The notes under the pieces were generated by a model. The model saw only the letters and a list, made by a program, of their open reading frames with translations, had not been told where the DNA came from and made no database searches. A DNA stretch of 64,000 nt from an uncultured Gemmatimonadales bacterium (GTDB lineage: Bacteria; Gemmatimonadota; Gemmatimonadetes; Gemmatimonadales; Gemmatimonadaceae): NCBI GenBank assembly GCA_963793305.1, contig CAWBZV010000005.1:256001-320000 (forward strand), read 5' to 3'. Below are positions 1 to 10,669 of the stretch, one piece after another (positions within the stretch are counted from its first letter, which is position 1; each line of letters begins with the position of its first letter). The position numbers and the translations under genes were made by a program.

Positions 1-1743
1 GGCATCGCCCCGTCGTTTACGTATGCCGTCGTGCTCCCACCGCTCCTGTACTCGGGCTACGTCCTGTCGCAGGAAGTGTTTGCGCTGTTCGTGCTCGGCG
101 CCGTCGCCTGGCTCTTCTATCGTCGCCTGGTCATCCGCCCGAAGCGTCTCCAGGGCGATAAGCTGGAGCAGTGGGACGCACTGCTGATCCTGTCGATGAT
201 CGCGGCGCTCATGATCACGTTGTTCCTGCTGAACGCATTCGCAATTATTGCCGGCCAGGAATCGAGCACCCGCATGCTTTCGAGTGGACTGGCTCGCGTC
301 CTGTCGAGTATACCGCCGGATGCGGCCGCCACTTCGCGCGACGTGATGTGGTGGTCGCACGTGCTGTTGATTCTGGCTTTTCTGAACTATCTGCCGTACT
401 CGAAGCATCTCCACGTGATCACGTCGCTGCCGAATGTGTATTTGTCGAACACGAGCGGCCCGGGCACCGTCGGCGCGATGCGGCCCATGGATCTCGAGGC
501 GGAGGGCGTCGAGCAGTTCGGCGCGGCGGACGTCAAGGATCTGCCCTGGAAGAACCTCCTCGATGGATACTCGTGCACGGAGTGCGGACGGTGCACGGCC
601 GTGTGTCCGGCGAATCTCACCGGCAAGGTGCTGAGCCCGCGCAAGATCGTGATCAACGTGCGCGAGCGCCTGTTGGAATTTGGCGGGATGCCCACGGGGT
701 TGGTACACGGCGAGGGCGAGCACGAGCCGGACGCGCGGTTGCTCGACGGCTACATCTCCGAAGAGGAGCTCTGGCAGTGTACGTCGTGCCGTGCCTGCGT
801 CCAGGAGTGCCCTGTATCGATCGACCAGCTCGACACGATCATGGAGCTGCGGCGGAACCTCGTGCTCATGGAATCGCGGTTTCCGCCCGAGCTCCAACCC
901 GCATTCCAGTCGCTGGAGCGCAACGGGACTCCGTGGGCGTTCAACGCCGCGGATCGCGGCGAGTGGGCCGAGGGGCTCTCCATTCCGACCATGGCCGATC
1001 TCTCTGCTCAGGGCCGCGAGCCCGAGGTGCTCTTCTGGGTCGGGTGCGCCGGGTCATTCGATGCCCGCGCGAAGAAGATCACCGTGGCCTTCGCCCGCAT
1101 CATGCAGGCCGCCGGCATCGACTTCGCCATCCTCGGCCAGGAAGAGAAGTGCAATGGTGACCCCGCGCGACGCATGGGCAACGAGTACCTGTACCAGATG
1201 CTCGCCAAGGAGAATATCGGCACCTTGAACGCGTATCGCGTCAAGACCGTGGTGACCATCTGCCCGCATTGCTTCCATCAGCTCGGCAACGAGTATCCGC
1301 AGCTGGGCGGCCACTACGAGGTCATTCACCACTCGCAGTACATCGAGCGCTTGCTGGCCGAGGGTCGCGTGCCGCTCGCCAATGGGAATGGCGACGAGCG
1401 CACGTTCACGTATCACGACAGCTGCTATCTCGGGCGCTACAACAACATCTACGACGCCCCGCGCCGCGTGCTGCCGGTCGTGAATCTCGTCGAGCCCGTC
1501 CGCAACAAGAGCCGTGGGTTATGCTGTGGCGCCGGTGGTGGGCGCATGTGGATGGAAGAGACCCAGGGGAAGCGCATCAACATCGAGCGCACGCAGGAGT
1601 TGCTGGCGACGGGCGCCGAGGCGATCGCGACGGCGTGCCCGTACTGCATGACGATGATCAGCGACGGGGTCAAGGCGAACGAGTCGGCCGTCCCTGTCTA
1701 CGACATCGCCGAGGTTGTCGCGAGCCGGCTCAGCGCGGTCTGA
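1..1743 (+). CDS. Membrane-bound Fe-S oxidoreductase, FadF/HdrD-like (5'-truncated by window edge)
   Basis: N-terminal TM helices, two CxxCxxCxxxCP ferredoxin motifs ([24 protein letters not shown]) and CCG-domain motifs ([16 protein letters not shown]); frame is open to position 1. Confidence 0.85.
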   Translation, partial: GIAPSFTYAVVLPPLLYSGYVLSQEVFALFVLGAVAWLFYRRLVIRPKRLQGDKLEQWDALLILSMIAALMITLFLLNAFAIIAGQESSTRMLSSGLARVLSSIPPDAAATSRDVMWWSHVLLILAFLNYLPYSKHLHVITSLPNVYLSNTSGPGTVGAMRPMDLEAEGVEQFGAADVKDLPWKNLLDGYSCTECGRCTAVCPANLTGKVLSPRKIVINVRERLLEFGGMPTGLVHGEGEHEPDARLLDGYISEEELWQCTSCRACVQECPVSIDQLDTIMELRRNLVLMESRFPPELQPAFQSLERNGTPWAFNAADRGEWAEGLSIPTMADLSAQGREPEVLFWVGCAGSFDARAKKITVAFARIMQAAGIDFAILGQEEKCNGDPARRMGNEYLYQMLAKENIGTLNAYRVKTVVTICPHCFHQLGNEYPQLGGHYEVIHHSQYIERLLAEGRVPLANGNGDERTFTYHDSCYLGRYNNIYDAPRRVLPVVNLVEPVRNKSRGLCCGAGGGRMWMEETQGKRINIERTQELLATGAEAIATACPYCMTMISDGVKANESAVPVYDIAEVVASRLSAV

Positions 1744-2320
1744 TCGCGCTCGAGCCCCTGGCCGGCGTACCCATACCGTAACTGACCGTGACGTGGAGCC
1801 GGTCGCCTTCGACCTTGGTCGTCACGCGCCGGCTGCAACCCGGGCACTTCTGCATGGTCGGCCCCGGCTCCGAGCGCTGACCGATCACGGTCCGGCAGAC
1901 AGGGCAGTGGATCGGCCCCGTGACGAGCGCCGCGGCCGGAATCGGTGGCGCTTCGGCCTGCGCGGGAGCAGCGGCGGCGCCACCAGCGCCCGCCGGAGGG
2001 CGCACGAGGCGTGGCCCAGTGCCGTCGCCGAGTCGCGCACTCATCGTCTCGAGAAAAAACTGCTGCTCGGCCGCGCTCATCCCGGCCAGGGCAGCGGTGG
2101 ACACGCCCTGCTCCTTGAGCTTGCGCGCCATGTTGTAGTTGTCGCGACTCATCGCCGCGGACTGCAGAGAGCTGCCCGAGCGGCCGCCGCCGGATCCTGC
2201 CGATGGCGATACCTGACCCTTGAGCTCCTTGCCGAACCGGACGATCGCGACGCTCGCCAGGAGCAATACGCCGCAGGCCACGGCGGCGAGCACGAATTGG
2301 ATCCAGGAGGTCGAATTCAC
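1730..2320 (-). CDS. Hypothetical membrane-anchored protein with C-terminal zinc ribbon
   Basis: N-terminal hydrophobic helix; CPVC...CPGC; 4-bp overlap with the moeA stop. Confidence 0.6.
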   Translation of the reverse strand: MNSTSWIQFVLAAVACGVLLLASVAIVRFGKELKGQVSPSAGSGGGRSGSSLQSAAMSRDNYNMARKLKEQGVSTAALAGMSAAEQQFFLETMSARLGDGTGPRLVRPPAGAGGAAAAPAQAEAPPIPAAALVTGPIHCPVCRTVIGQRSEPGPTMQKCPGCSRRVTTKVEGDRLHVTVSYGMGTPARGSSAIRPR

Positions 2321-3567
2321 AGGGCGAAATGCGTCGTCAGTGAGGCGTCGTCAGTCAGAGGCAACGCGTGCAAGTGTTCCCCGGGTTCCACCCGAGTGCG
2401 GTCTTCAGGGACGACGAGCAACGCGTTCGCGAGTGACATCAATGTGACGATCCCCGATCCTTGCGGTCCCGTTAGCCGCGCCGTGAGCGTCCCATCTGTA
2501 TGCGTTGTTACAATTATGCGCAAGAAGTGCGTGAGGCGTGCGTTGATCGTCACGGGCTCCTCCAGGATCACATCGACCGGGCGGCGAAACAACCGTACGT
2601 GGCCGAGCATACGGCGGATGGCTGGCCGGGCGAACAGTTCGTACGTCACCATCGTTGACACGGGGTTGCCCGGGAGGCCGAGCCACGGCGTCTTCCCGAG
2701 GAGCCCGAACCCGAGTGGTGCGCCGGGCCGCATGCGCACGCGCCAGAACTTCATCTCGGCGCCCATGTCGCGGAGCACGTCGCGCAGGTAATCGTGCTCG
2801 CCGACCGAGAGCCCGGCGGTTGTGAGAATCAGATCGCAGTCGGCGGCCGCGGCCAGTCGCTCTCGCAGCGATTCCCGTGTGTCGATCGCGACCCCGAGGT
2901 CTCTCGGCACTCCGAGCGCATCGGTCACCGCCGCCACGAGCGCGTAGGTGTTCGACGACACGATCTTGCGGCCGGCGAGCACCTGGTCGAATTGCTCGAC
3001 CGGAACCAACTCGTCGCCCGACCCGATGATCGCGACCCGCGGCTGTCGCACGACGTCGAGGTACGCCGCCCCGACCGAAGCGAGCACGCCGATCTGCGCC
3101 GGCCCGATCGGTTGTCCGGCGGCCAGCACCACCGCGCCTTCGCGAATGTCCTCGCCTCTCGGGCGCACATTGCGCGTGGCATCGCGGTCAGACCGGATCG
3201 CGACCCGCTCGGTTCCGCCATCGGTGTCCTCGATGCGCACGACCGTGTCGGCGCCGGCGGGCAGTGGTGCGCCGGTCATGATGCGCGTGGCTTCGCCGAC
3301 GCGCACCGTGGCACTCGGGAAGCCTCCAGCGGCAACGCTCTCGATGACGTTCAATACGACGGGCCGATCCGTGCTGGCTCGAGCGATATCAACCGACCGA
3401 ACCGCGTAGCCGTCCATCGCCGAGTTATCCCACGCGGGTAGCGTGACCGGGGAGCGAATCTCGGCGGCGAGGACGCAATGCAGCGCGTTGGCGAGCGGTA
3501 CCCGTTCCGCGGGTAACGCCGTGACATGTGCCAGAATCGCCTGCAATGCCTCGGCGACCGACAACAC
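2317..3567 (-). CDS. moeA: Molybdopterin molybdotransferase MoeA/Glp
   Basis: NSAMDGYAV, RIMTGAPLP.GAD, GDEL, GLPGNPVS motifs. Confidence 0.95.
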   Translation of the reverse strand: MLSVAEALQAILAHVTALPAERVPLANALHCVLAAEIRSPVTLPAWDNSAMDGYAVRSVDIARASTDRPVVLNVIESVAAGGFPSATVRVGEATRIMTGAPLPAGADTVVRIEDTDGGTERVAIRSDRDATRNVRPRGEDIREGAVVLAAGQPIGPAQIGVLASVGAAYLDVVRQPRVAIIGSGDELVPVEQFDQVLAGRKIVSSNTYALVAAVTDALGVPRDLGVAIDTRESLRERLAAAADCDLILTTAGLSVGEHDYLRDVLRDMGAEMKFWRVRMRPGAPLGFGLLGKTPWLGLPGNPVSTMVTYELFARPAIRRMLGHVRLFRRPVDVILEEPVTINARLTHFLRIIVTTHTDGTLTARLTGPQGSGIVTLMSLANALLVVPEDRTRVEPGEHLHALPLTDDASLTTHFAL

Positions 3568-3571
3568 GCGA

Positions 3572-5098
3572 CTATCGCCGATCGAGCGTCATCGCGGCGA
3601 GCCGCGCGGCGATCTCGTCTTGCACGCGCTCGACATCGCGGACCGATGTCGTCCAGTTGTTGCACAGGAAGCTGAACACGAGCGGCGTGCCATCCGCGGT
3701 CGTGACATACCCGGAGAGCGACCGGGCCTTGTCCACGAATCCGGTCTTGGCCCGCACATTGCCCGCGGCCATCGTGCCGCGCATGCGATCGGCGATCGTG
3801 CCGTCGACGCCGGCAATCGGCAGCCCGTCATAGAATACCTGAAACGCCGTATCGCGGCGCATCGCGGTCAGCACGCGGACGATGGTCTCCGGCGTGAGAT
3901 AATCGTGTCTCGACAACCCCGACCCATCGTGCAACACAAATCCATCGGGCGCCGCGCCCCAGCTGATGAGCAGGTCGCGCACGATGCGCACGCCGCTATC
4001 CGCGGATCCCACACCCGTCTTCTCGAGGCCGATCGTCTTGAGCAGCCCCTCGGCGATCTGATTCTGCGACGGTTTCAGTAACGCCGGTTCGATGTCCCTC
4101 AACGGCGGCGATAGCATGGTGAAGAGGGTATCGAGCGTCCCCACGGAATCCGTACTCGGGTCGACAGCGTTCGCGCGCAGCGCGACGCCTTGTGCCGACA
4201 GCGCCGATGCGAACGCGTGCAAGTACGCCGCGGCGGGATCCCGATAGGCCACGAGCGCGAGCGTGCTATCGCGCGGCGCGACGGTACCGTTGACCACGAG
4301 CTCGCCACTGGCCGTGTCATACACCACCGTGACGGGTTGCGCCGGTGCGTCGCCGGTCGGCGCCGCCGTACGCACATGGTTTCGCAGGCTGGGAAAGGTG
4401 ACCGCAGGTGCCGTCGCCACGGTCGCCGGTGCGCCGGGCTTCGCGCCGCCACGCACGACGACCGACGTGAACCCCTCATTGAACATGAGCTCATCGACGC
4501 CGGCCGCGTACGGCTCGTTCAAGTCGTCCCACGCCCACCCGTACCCCCAGTTCGCATCGGGAAACGCGTCGCCGCCCCGCACGACATGTCCCGTGATGCG
4601 ATGGATCCCATGCGCCGCGACCGAGTCCGCCGCGGCGCGCAGCGGGATCATGGCGTCGTGCAACATGTGATCGCTGACGGTCGGATCGCCGCGACCGATC
4701 ACGACCAGATCTCCGTGGAGCACGCCCCGCACGATCTTTCCCCGCGCCGCGTACGTCGTTCGGTACTGGTAATCGGGGCCGAGCTCGACGAGCGCGGCCG
4801 ATCCCGTGACGATCTTCATGTTTGACGCTGGCAAGAAGAGCTTGCCGGCGTTCAGCGAATACAGCGTGTCGTTCGCGTCGGGGTTGACGATGAGAATGCC
4901 CCAGATCGCGCTTCGAAACCGCGAATTTTCAACCATCGAGTCGATGGCGGTTTTCAGCTCGGCGACTGCCGACGGCGCTGGCGGCGGCGAGATCATCGCG
5001 GCAGGGGTGGGCTCAGGAGAAGGCGCAGGGCGGGTCGTGCCGCCGCATCCAATCGCTGCCGTCGCCGCCAGGACCACGGCAGCCACTCGTGGGCTCAT
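3572..5098 (-). CDS. dacB: D-Ala-D-Ala carboxypeptidase/endopeptidase PBP4 (S13), probable lipoprotein
   Basis: PASNMK (SxxK), S.N (SQN), DGSGLSR and KTG motifs; start set at MSPRV...AIGC lipobox overlapping the mobA stop. Confidence 0.92.
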   Translation of the reverse strand: MSPRVAAVVLAATAAIGCGGTTRPAPSPEPTPAAMISPPPAPSAVAELKTAIDSMVENSRFRSAIWGILIVNPDANDTLYSLNAGKLFLPASNMKIVTGSAALVELGPDYQYRTTYAARGKIVRGVLHGDLVVIGRGDPTVSDHMLHDAMIPLRAAADSVAAHGIHRITGHVVRGGDAFPDANWGYGWAWDDLNEPYAAGVDELMFNEGFTSVVVRGGAKPGAPATVATAPAVTFPSLRNHVRTAAPTGDAPAQPVTVVYDTASGELVVNGTVAPRDSTLALVAYRDPAAAYLHAFASALSAQGVALRANAVDPSTDSVGTLDTLFTMLSPPLRDIEPALLKPSQNQIAEGLLKTIGLEKTGVGSADSGVRIVRDLLISWGAAPDGFVLHDGSGLSRHDYLTPETIVRVLTAMRRDTAFQVFYDGLPIAGVDGTIADRMRGTMAAGNVRAKTGFVDKARSLSGYVTTADGTPLVFSFLCNNWTTSVRDVERVQDEIAARLAAMTLDRR

Positions 5099-5700
5099 CC
5101 CGTAATCTGTCCAGTCGCCAACCCCTCGGCCAGCGCCAAGTCGCTCGGCGTATTGACGTTCATAAACGTTTTGTCCGGGTCTGCCGGCGGAGGGAGCCGA
5201 ACCACGCGCACGCTCTCGAAGAACCCGACCACGCGCAGATCGCCGCCGTCCATGTGCCGTTCGATCGGCGCGATGCACGTCGGCCGGTAGAACGCGCACA
5301 GCGGCTCGACACCACGCGTCGACCGGCTCTCGAACACGACCACATCAGCGTCCGCCCCGGTCTTGCGAAGCGCGTCCAAAACGCTTGGCTCGACGAAAGG
5401 CATGTCCCACGCGACAACCAGAACGGCCTGACCCTTCGCGTGCACGAGCGCCGAGTAGATGCCGCCCAGACTTCCGAACCCCGGGCGCACGTCGCCAACG
5501 GTCCGTATCCCTGGTAACCACGTGCTGGCCTCTGGCTGATTCGCGACCAGGAGCAGCTCATCGGCGACCGCGCGCAGCGCGGCGGCGACCCGATCAATGA
5601 TACGTGCACCACCAACGAGCTCCAACCCTTTGGGTTGGCCGCCGAAGCGTGTCGCTTGCCCGCCGGCGAGGATGACGCCGGTAAGGCGCTCAGCCGCCAC
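5095..5700 (-). CDS. mobA: Molybdenum cofactor guanylyltransferase
   Basis: GVILAGG...RFGG.PK, DMPF, FMNVNTP.DL; GTG start inferred. Confidence 0.9.
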   Translation of the reverse strand: MAAERLTGVILAGGQATRFGGQPKGLELVGGARIIDRVAAALRAVADELLLVANQPEASTWLPGIRTVGDVRPGFGSLGGIYSALVHAKGQAVLVVAWDMPFVEPSVLDALRKTGADADVVVFESRSTRGVEPLCAFYRPTCIAPIERHMDGGDLRVVGFFESVRVVRLPPPADPDKTFMNVNTPSDLALAEGLATGQITG

Positions 5701-6116
5701 CGTTATACGTGGCCCACAGCGTCTCGTCCTCGGCGAGTCGGACCGAGACCACCGTCCCGCGATCGCCGAGGCTTTCTTCGATCCGCTCGAAGATGAACCG
5801 CGCCAGGTTCTCGCCGCTCGGCACCAATCGCCCTTCCTCGAACTCGGGCACGTCACGATTGATGTTGCGCTTGTCGAAGCGCACGATCACGAACGTCCCG
5901 GATCACATCGTCGAGCGCCTCGAGGTCGACGACGAACCCGGTCGTGTGATCGATCTCCCCGCCGACCGTGACGTCGCAGAGATAGTGGTGCTCGTGAAAG
6001 TCTTTCCCGGCGCAGGCGCCGAACACGAGGCGATTGTGCTCCTCGTCCCACTGCGGCAATCGGTACCAATGCTGCGCGGTAAAGGCGACGCGTCGAGTCA
6101 GCAGCGCGCGCGACAT
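5690..6116 (-). CDS. queD: 6-carboxytetrahydropterin synthase (QueD/PTPS family), apparent +1 frameshift near 5895
   Basis: FTAQH...N...FGAC...HEHHY...TGFVVDL in one frame; PSGENLA...VRLAED in the adjacent frame. Confidence 0.8.
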
Positions 6117-6802
6117 TAGCGGAACGCGGTGAGCGAGAGCCCCACCGTCGGAGCGAGATTCTGTCGCCACGCCGTCAAGGCGGCGTTCGCCGGGACGACC
6201 GGCGGGCCGGCCGTTGTTCCGCGGAAGCTGCCGGGGTAGCGGGTGGCGTAAAAATAGTCCGTCACGTCGAACCGCATCTGGATCGGACCGCCCGGTACCC
6301 ATCGAATGCCGGCGCCGGCGGACATCTCGAACTGCGTGCCGAACCGGAACAGAGCGGAGTCGCGCGCGGCGCCGAGATCACTCGCCACACCAACGTCCAC
6401 GTTGATCACGGGGATGAGGCCGTGCCAGGTGCGCTCGCCCACGAGGTTGAGCGCCATGCCAACGTCGACCAGGTTGAGCTGCGTCGGCTTGGTCCCGTGA
6501 TCGCGGATCGTGGGCGGCTCCGTCGGGAATGTGACATCGTGGTCGGTGAACACGTGCGCCCACCGCGCCTCGAAGTACGCGGGCCCGCCGATGTGAATGT
6601 CCCAGCGTATGCCGGCGAGCGGCCCGCTGTGCGGATTGACGTGACCGCGGGTGTACGGCGCGAGGAGATACCCGCCGAAGAACGAGAGATTGCGCGGATC
6701 CTCAATGTCCTGGTAGGGACTCGATTCCGGCGCGTGGCCGACGATCTGCGCCGCCGCACTGTGGGCGAGCAGCAGGGAGAGGACGAGAGCAGTTGGCTTC
6801 AT
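6116..6802 (-). CDS. Exported protein, probable outer-membrane beta-barrel
   Basis: Signal peptide (AAAQ cleavage) and alternating hydrophobic beta-strand pattern. Confidence 0.6.
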   Translation of the reverse strand: MKPTALVLSLLLAHSAAAQIVGHAPESSPYQDIEDPRNLSFFGGYLLAPYTRGHVNPHSGPLAGIRWDIHIGGPAYFEARWAHVFTDHDVTFPTEPPTIRDHGTKPTQLNLVDVGMALNLVGERTWHGLIPVINVDVGVASDLGAARDSALFRFGTQFEMSAGAGIRWVPGGPIQMRFDVTDYFYATRYPGSFRGTTAGPPVVPANAALTAWRQNLAPTVGLSLTAFR

Positions 6803-8388
6803 GGGTCCCGCAAATCTACCCCGGTCATCTCGGAAGGTGGCCTGATTCCGAGCATTCCCAGGATCGTCGGTCCCACATCTTCGAGGGCACCGCCCTCGCG
6901 CAGCGGGCGCTCTCCCCCCACATGGATAAAGGGGACCGGATTGGTCGTATGCGCCGTATGCGGACCCCCGGTCTCGGGGTCGATCATGAGCTCACAATTC
7001 CCATGGTCGGCGGTCACGAGCACCTCGGTCTTCGATCGCCCGGCCGCCGCGAGCACACGCCCCAAACACTGATCGACCGTCTCGACCGCCTGGATCGTCG
7101 CGGGCAACGACCCGGTATGCCCGACCATGTCGCCATTCGCGTAGTTACAGAGAATGAACTCGTGCTGCCGTTTCTCGATGGCCGTGCACAGCACATCGGT
7201 CACTCCGGGCGCGCTCATCTCCGGCATGAGGTCATAGGTCGCCACTTTCTGACTCGGCACCAGGAGTCGCTCCTCACCCGCGTACGGGGTCTCCTCGCCG
7301 CCATTGAAGAAGTAGGTCACGTGCGGATACTTCTCGGTCTCCGCGGTCCGAAATTGCGCTTTGCCGTTCGCGCTCAGGACCTCGGCCACGATCCGTGCCA
7401 TCGACTGCGGCGGAAACGCCACCGAGAGCGCGAACTGCTGCGCGTAGGACGTCATCGTCACCACACGCAGCTCTGGGCGCGCGGAGACGTCGAAGCCTTT
7501 GAACGCGGGTTCGGTCATCGCGCGCACGATCTGGCGCATGCGATCCGAGCGAAAATTGAAGCAGATCACGGCGTCGCCGTCTTTCATGGGCGCGCCGGGG
7601 AACCCCGGCGCCCGTAAGGGCGACGGGCTGTTGGAGCAGGCGACGCCAGTTGCCTGCTCCGAAATCACCGTCGGGAGAATAAATTCGTCCGTCTGGCCGT
7701 TCTCATATGCCGCGCGGATCACGGACAGCGGGTCCGTGCCACTCGGCCCCACGCCGTCGACCATGGCCCGGTACGCGAGCTCGGTCCGCTGCCAGCGGCG
7801 ATCGCGATCCATGCCGTAATACCGCCCGCCGACGCTCCCGATGACCGTCGGCACGCCGGCCCGCGCCACACGCGCGGTCAGGTTCTGCATGTAGCCGAGC
7901 GCGGATTTTGGCAGCGTGTCCCGTCCGTCGAGCATCGCGTGGATGGCCACGCGCGGCACATGCTGGCGATCGGTCAGGTCCAGCAGCGCGTACAGGTGCC
8001 GGTCGGCGGCATGCACGCCACCCTCGCCAAGAAGGCCAACCAGGTGCAGGGTCCCGCCAGTTCGGCGCACCGCATGGCACGCCGCCAGAAACGTCCCGTT
8101 GCACTGAAATGACCGGTCGGCGATGGCCGTGTCGATGCGGACAAGGTCCTGCATCACGACTCGGCCCGCGCCCAGGTTGAGATGGCCGACCTCGCTGTTG
8201 CCCATCTGTCCAGCCGGCAGTCCGACTCGTAGTCCGGACGCCTCCAGCAAGGTGCGTGACGGACGGCGCCACAACGCGTCCCAGGTCGGCGTCGTCGCTA
8301 ACGCAATTGCGTTTCCTTCTCGCTCGGCTCGATATCCCCAGCCGTCGAGAACGACGAGGACTACCGGTGCAAGGACGGATCCAGCCAT
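6799..8388 (-). CDS. gpmI: 2,3-bisphosphoglycerate-independent phosphoglycerate mutase
   Basis: LDGWG, GQMGNSEVGH, DGRDT, GRYYGMDRD, AETEKYPHVT, ADHGN. Confidence 0.97.
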   Translation of the reverse strand: MAGSVLAPVVLVVLDGWGYRAEREGNAIALATTPTWDALWRRPSRTLLEASGLRVGLPAGQMGNSEVGHLNLGAGRVVMQDLVRIDTAIADRSFQCNGTFLAACHAVRRTGGTLHLVGLLGEGGVHAADRHLYALLDLTDRQHVPRVAIHAMLDGRDTLPKSALGYMQNLTARVARAGVPTVIGSVGGRYYGMDRDRRWQRTELAYRAMVDGVGPSGTDPLSVIRAAYENGQTDEFILPTVISEQATGVACSNSPSPLRAPGFPGAPMKDGDAVICFNFRSDRMRQIVRAMTEPAFKGFDVSARPELRVVTMTSYAQQFALSVAFPPQSMARIVAEVLSANGKAQFRTAETEKYPHVTYFFNGGEETPYAGEERLLVPSQKVATYDLMPEMSAPGVTDVLCTAIEKRQHEFILCNYANGDMVGHTGSLPATIQAVETVDQCLGRVLAAAGRSKTEVLVTADHGNCELMIDPETGGPHTAHTTNPVPFIHVGGERPLREGGALEDVGPTILGMLGIRPPSEMTGVDLRDP

Positions 8389-8416
8389 CTTGAGCGCAAA
8401 TGTACAGCGGGGCTCC

Positions 8417-9061
8417 GTGACGTTCACGCCGGTTCTGTGGCGAGCGCTGATAGCGCTTGGCATTGCTGCTGCGACGGTGCAGGCTCAATCCGCCACGAAG
8501 AAGAGCGCAAAGGTCGCGTCCTCACAGAAGCCAAAACCGCCGGAGCCCGACTCACAGCCGCTCGTCGCCGGGGCAGGCAATGTCGTGTTGAGAGCGGAGC
8601 CGGAGGGCCATGCGCTTGCGACGCTGGGGTCAGGCACGCCGTTGACGGCGATCGCGCGAGACCGCGGCTGGGTTCGCGTCCGCGTAGAGGGGTGGGTTCG
8701 CGAGGACTCGGTACAGATCTCCAACGGGTCAACGGGATCACTCAGCGCCGCTGACCTACGGGTCGATCCGAAGGGCGCCAAGGGCAAGACGGTGCGCTGG
8801 GATGTCCAGGTGCTCGCCCTCGAGACCGCGGACTTCTTGCACCGCGACCTATCGCCCGACGAGCCGTATCTGCTGGCGAGAGGCCCGGGTTCCGAGAATA
8901 CGTTGCTGTATGTCGCGGTGCCGCCCTCCATGCTCGCCGCCGCCAAAACGCTAGCCGCCGCCGCCCCCGTGAGCGCCACGTTGGTGGCGACCGTCCGTGT
9001 CGGCCGGAGTGAACCGGTCGGCGTCCCGGTACTCGACGCCCAAAGCATCTCCCGTCGTTGA
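8417..9061 (+). CDS. Exported SH3-like domain protein
   Basis: Signal peptide (VQAQ); LRAEP...LATL..G......RGWVRVRVEGWV resembles bacterial SH3_3; GTG start inferred. Confidence 0.6.
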   Translation: MTFTPVLWRALIALGIAAATVQAQSATKKSAKVASSQKPKPPEPDSQPLVAGAGNVVLRAEPEGHALATLGSGTPLTAIARDRGWVRVRVEGWVREDSVQISNGSTGSLSAADLRVDPKGAKGKTVRWDVQVLALETADFLHRDLSPDEPYLLARGPGSENTLLYVAVPPSMLAAAKTLAAAAPVSATLVATVRVGRSEPVGVPVLDAQSISRR

Positions 9062-9769
9062 CAGAACAGCAGCCACAGCGGGAACGCCGGGATCCACGCC
9101 GCGCCGAGTTCCGGTTGGCGTACCCGGGCCTGCTCGTGAGCCTCTGGCTCGCGCTCGTCGTGCTCGTCGCGCTCAATGTCTACTTGATGTCCCAGCGCGA
9201 GAACTACGCCCGGGAGATCAGTCGATTGCGCGCGGGAATGACCGCGGTCGAGCGCCGCTCGGCCGACCTCGCGGTCGCGGCGAACGTCAATCATCTCCGC
9301 GTAATGGTCGCGCTGCTTCGCCGCCAGGCCCAGGGCGACCGCGTGCTGCATCTCTCGATCGAAGTCGACAGTGGCGTCATGACGCTCGAGCAAGAGGGCA
9401 ATGTGCTGCGCGAGATGCCGGTGGTCGTGGCGCCGACGCGTCGGGTCGGCGTGCCGCCCGACACCATCATGCTGCCGGCCCCGCAGGGGACTCGCCACGT
9501 CGAGCGATTGCTGACACCCGATAGCACGTGGACGGTGCCGAGAATGGGTGTACGTCGACCGGCATCTCCCGGCAGACGCCACGCCGGTGCAGGGAGGTCT
9601 GGGGTTCGGGATCGTGCTCGACGGCGGCACAGTGATCTACAGCGACCCGCACGCGGGGCCACTCGCGGACACGGCCTACGTGATGCCGGGGAGCGTCCGC
9701 GCGCGCGAGGCGGACGTCAAGGCGATCCAAGCGAATCTCAAGCCGGGCACGAGCGTCTACTTTTACTGA
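9058..9769 (+). CDS. Membrane-anchored YkuD/L,D-transpeptidase-like protein lacking the catalytic His/Cys; apparent +1 frameshift near 9542
   Basis: TM plus coiled coil, then W.VP.WVY and IYSDP...MPGSVR...PGTSVYFY, collinear with the next gene's WVPPDWHY and IHGT...SHGCVR...GTVVYIY. Confidence 0.7.
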
Positions 9770-9770
9770 T

Positions 9771-10616
9771 ATGCGCGAACTGCGCTCGGGACTCCGCGTC
9801 ATTTGGGTGCTCGCGCTCTGCGTGGTGGCGGCACTCGGCGCCAGCGCGTGGCTGTTGAACAACGTGCTGCGCGAGAGATTCCGCCGCGACATCACGCGGA
9901 TGGCGTTCAACCACAACCTCGACCTGCTCGAGGACGTGCGCCGCAGCGTCGGCGCCTCGCGCGATACGCTGGCGGCGTCCCAACATGACGTGCCCGATAC
10001 GCCGGATGACAAGCCGTACATCGTGGTCAGCATCGAAGACCACCGGCTCTGGTACAAGCGGGGCGATGAGGTCCTGTTCACCGCGCGCGTCGCGACCGGG
10101 AGCGGCAAGGAGTTGGTCAACGAGGGTGGCATACACTGGAAGTTCGAGACGCCGCGCGGACGGCTCGTCGTCCTGAGCAAGGAGATGGATCCCGTGTGGG
10201 TGCCCCCCGATTGGCACTACATGGAGCTCGCCAAGAAGAAGAAACTCGGCACGATCAAGCTGCAGCGCGGGCAGTCGATCCTCATGCAGGGAGGCGGCAA
10301 GATCGTCGTCTCCGGCAACAACGTCGTCACCCAGTATCCCGACGGGCACATCGAGCCCTTCGAGGTGAAAGAAGGCCACGAGATCGTGGCGAACGGCAAC
10401 CTCATCATTCCGCCGTTCGGCACCAATCAACGCAAGTACATCGGAACGCTCGGCGTTGAGCGGCTGTATCTAGGAGATGGATACGGCATCCATGGGACCA
10501 ATGAGCCCATGAGTATCGGCCAGTCCGCGAGTCACGGATGCGTCCGCCTCAGGAACGAGGATATCGAGACGCTATTCCGGGTGGTTCCGATAGGAACTGT
10601 TGTTTATATCTACTGA
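9771..10616 (+). CDS. L,D-transpeptidase (YkuD family)
   Basis: VATG, FETPRG, GIHGT...[13 protein letters not shown] catalytic motif; N-terminal TM. Confidence 0.92.
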   Translation: MRELRSGLRVIWVLALCVVAALGASAWLLNNVLRERFRRDITRMAFNHNLDLLEDVRRSVGASRDTLAASQHDVPDTPDDKPYIVVSIEDHRLWYKRGDEVLFTARVATGSGKELVNEGGIHWKFETPRGRLVVLSKEMDPVWVPPDWHYMELAKKKKLGTIKLQRGQSILMQGGGKIVVSGNNVVTQYPDGHIEPFEVKEGHEIVANGNLIIPPFGTNQRKYIGTLGVERLYLGDGYGIHGTNEPMSIGQSASHGCVRLRNEDIETLFRVVPIGTVVYIY

Positions 10617-10669
10617 TTCGCGCTGGTCGTCTATAAGTTGCCTAGCTTTGCCTCAAGGGGGCTCACACG

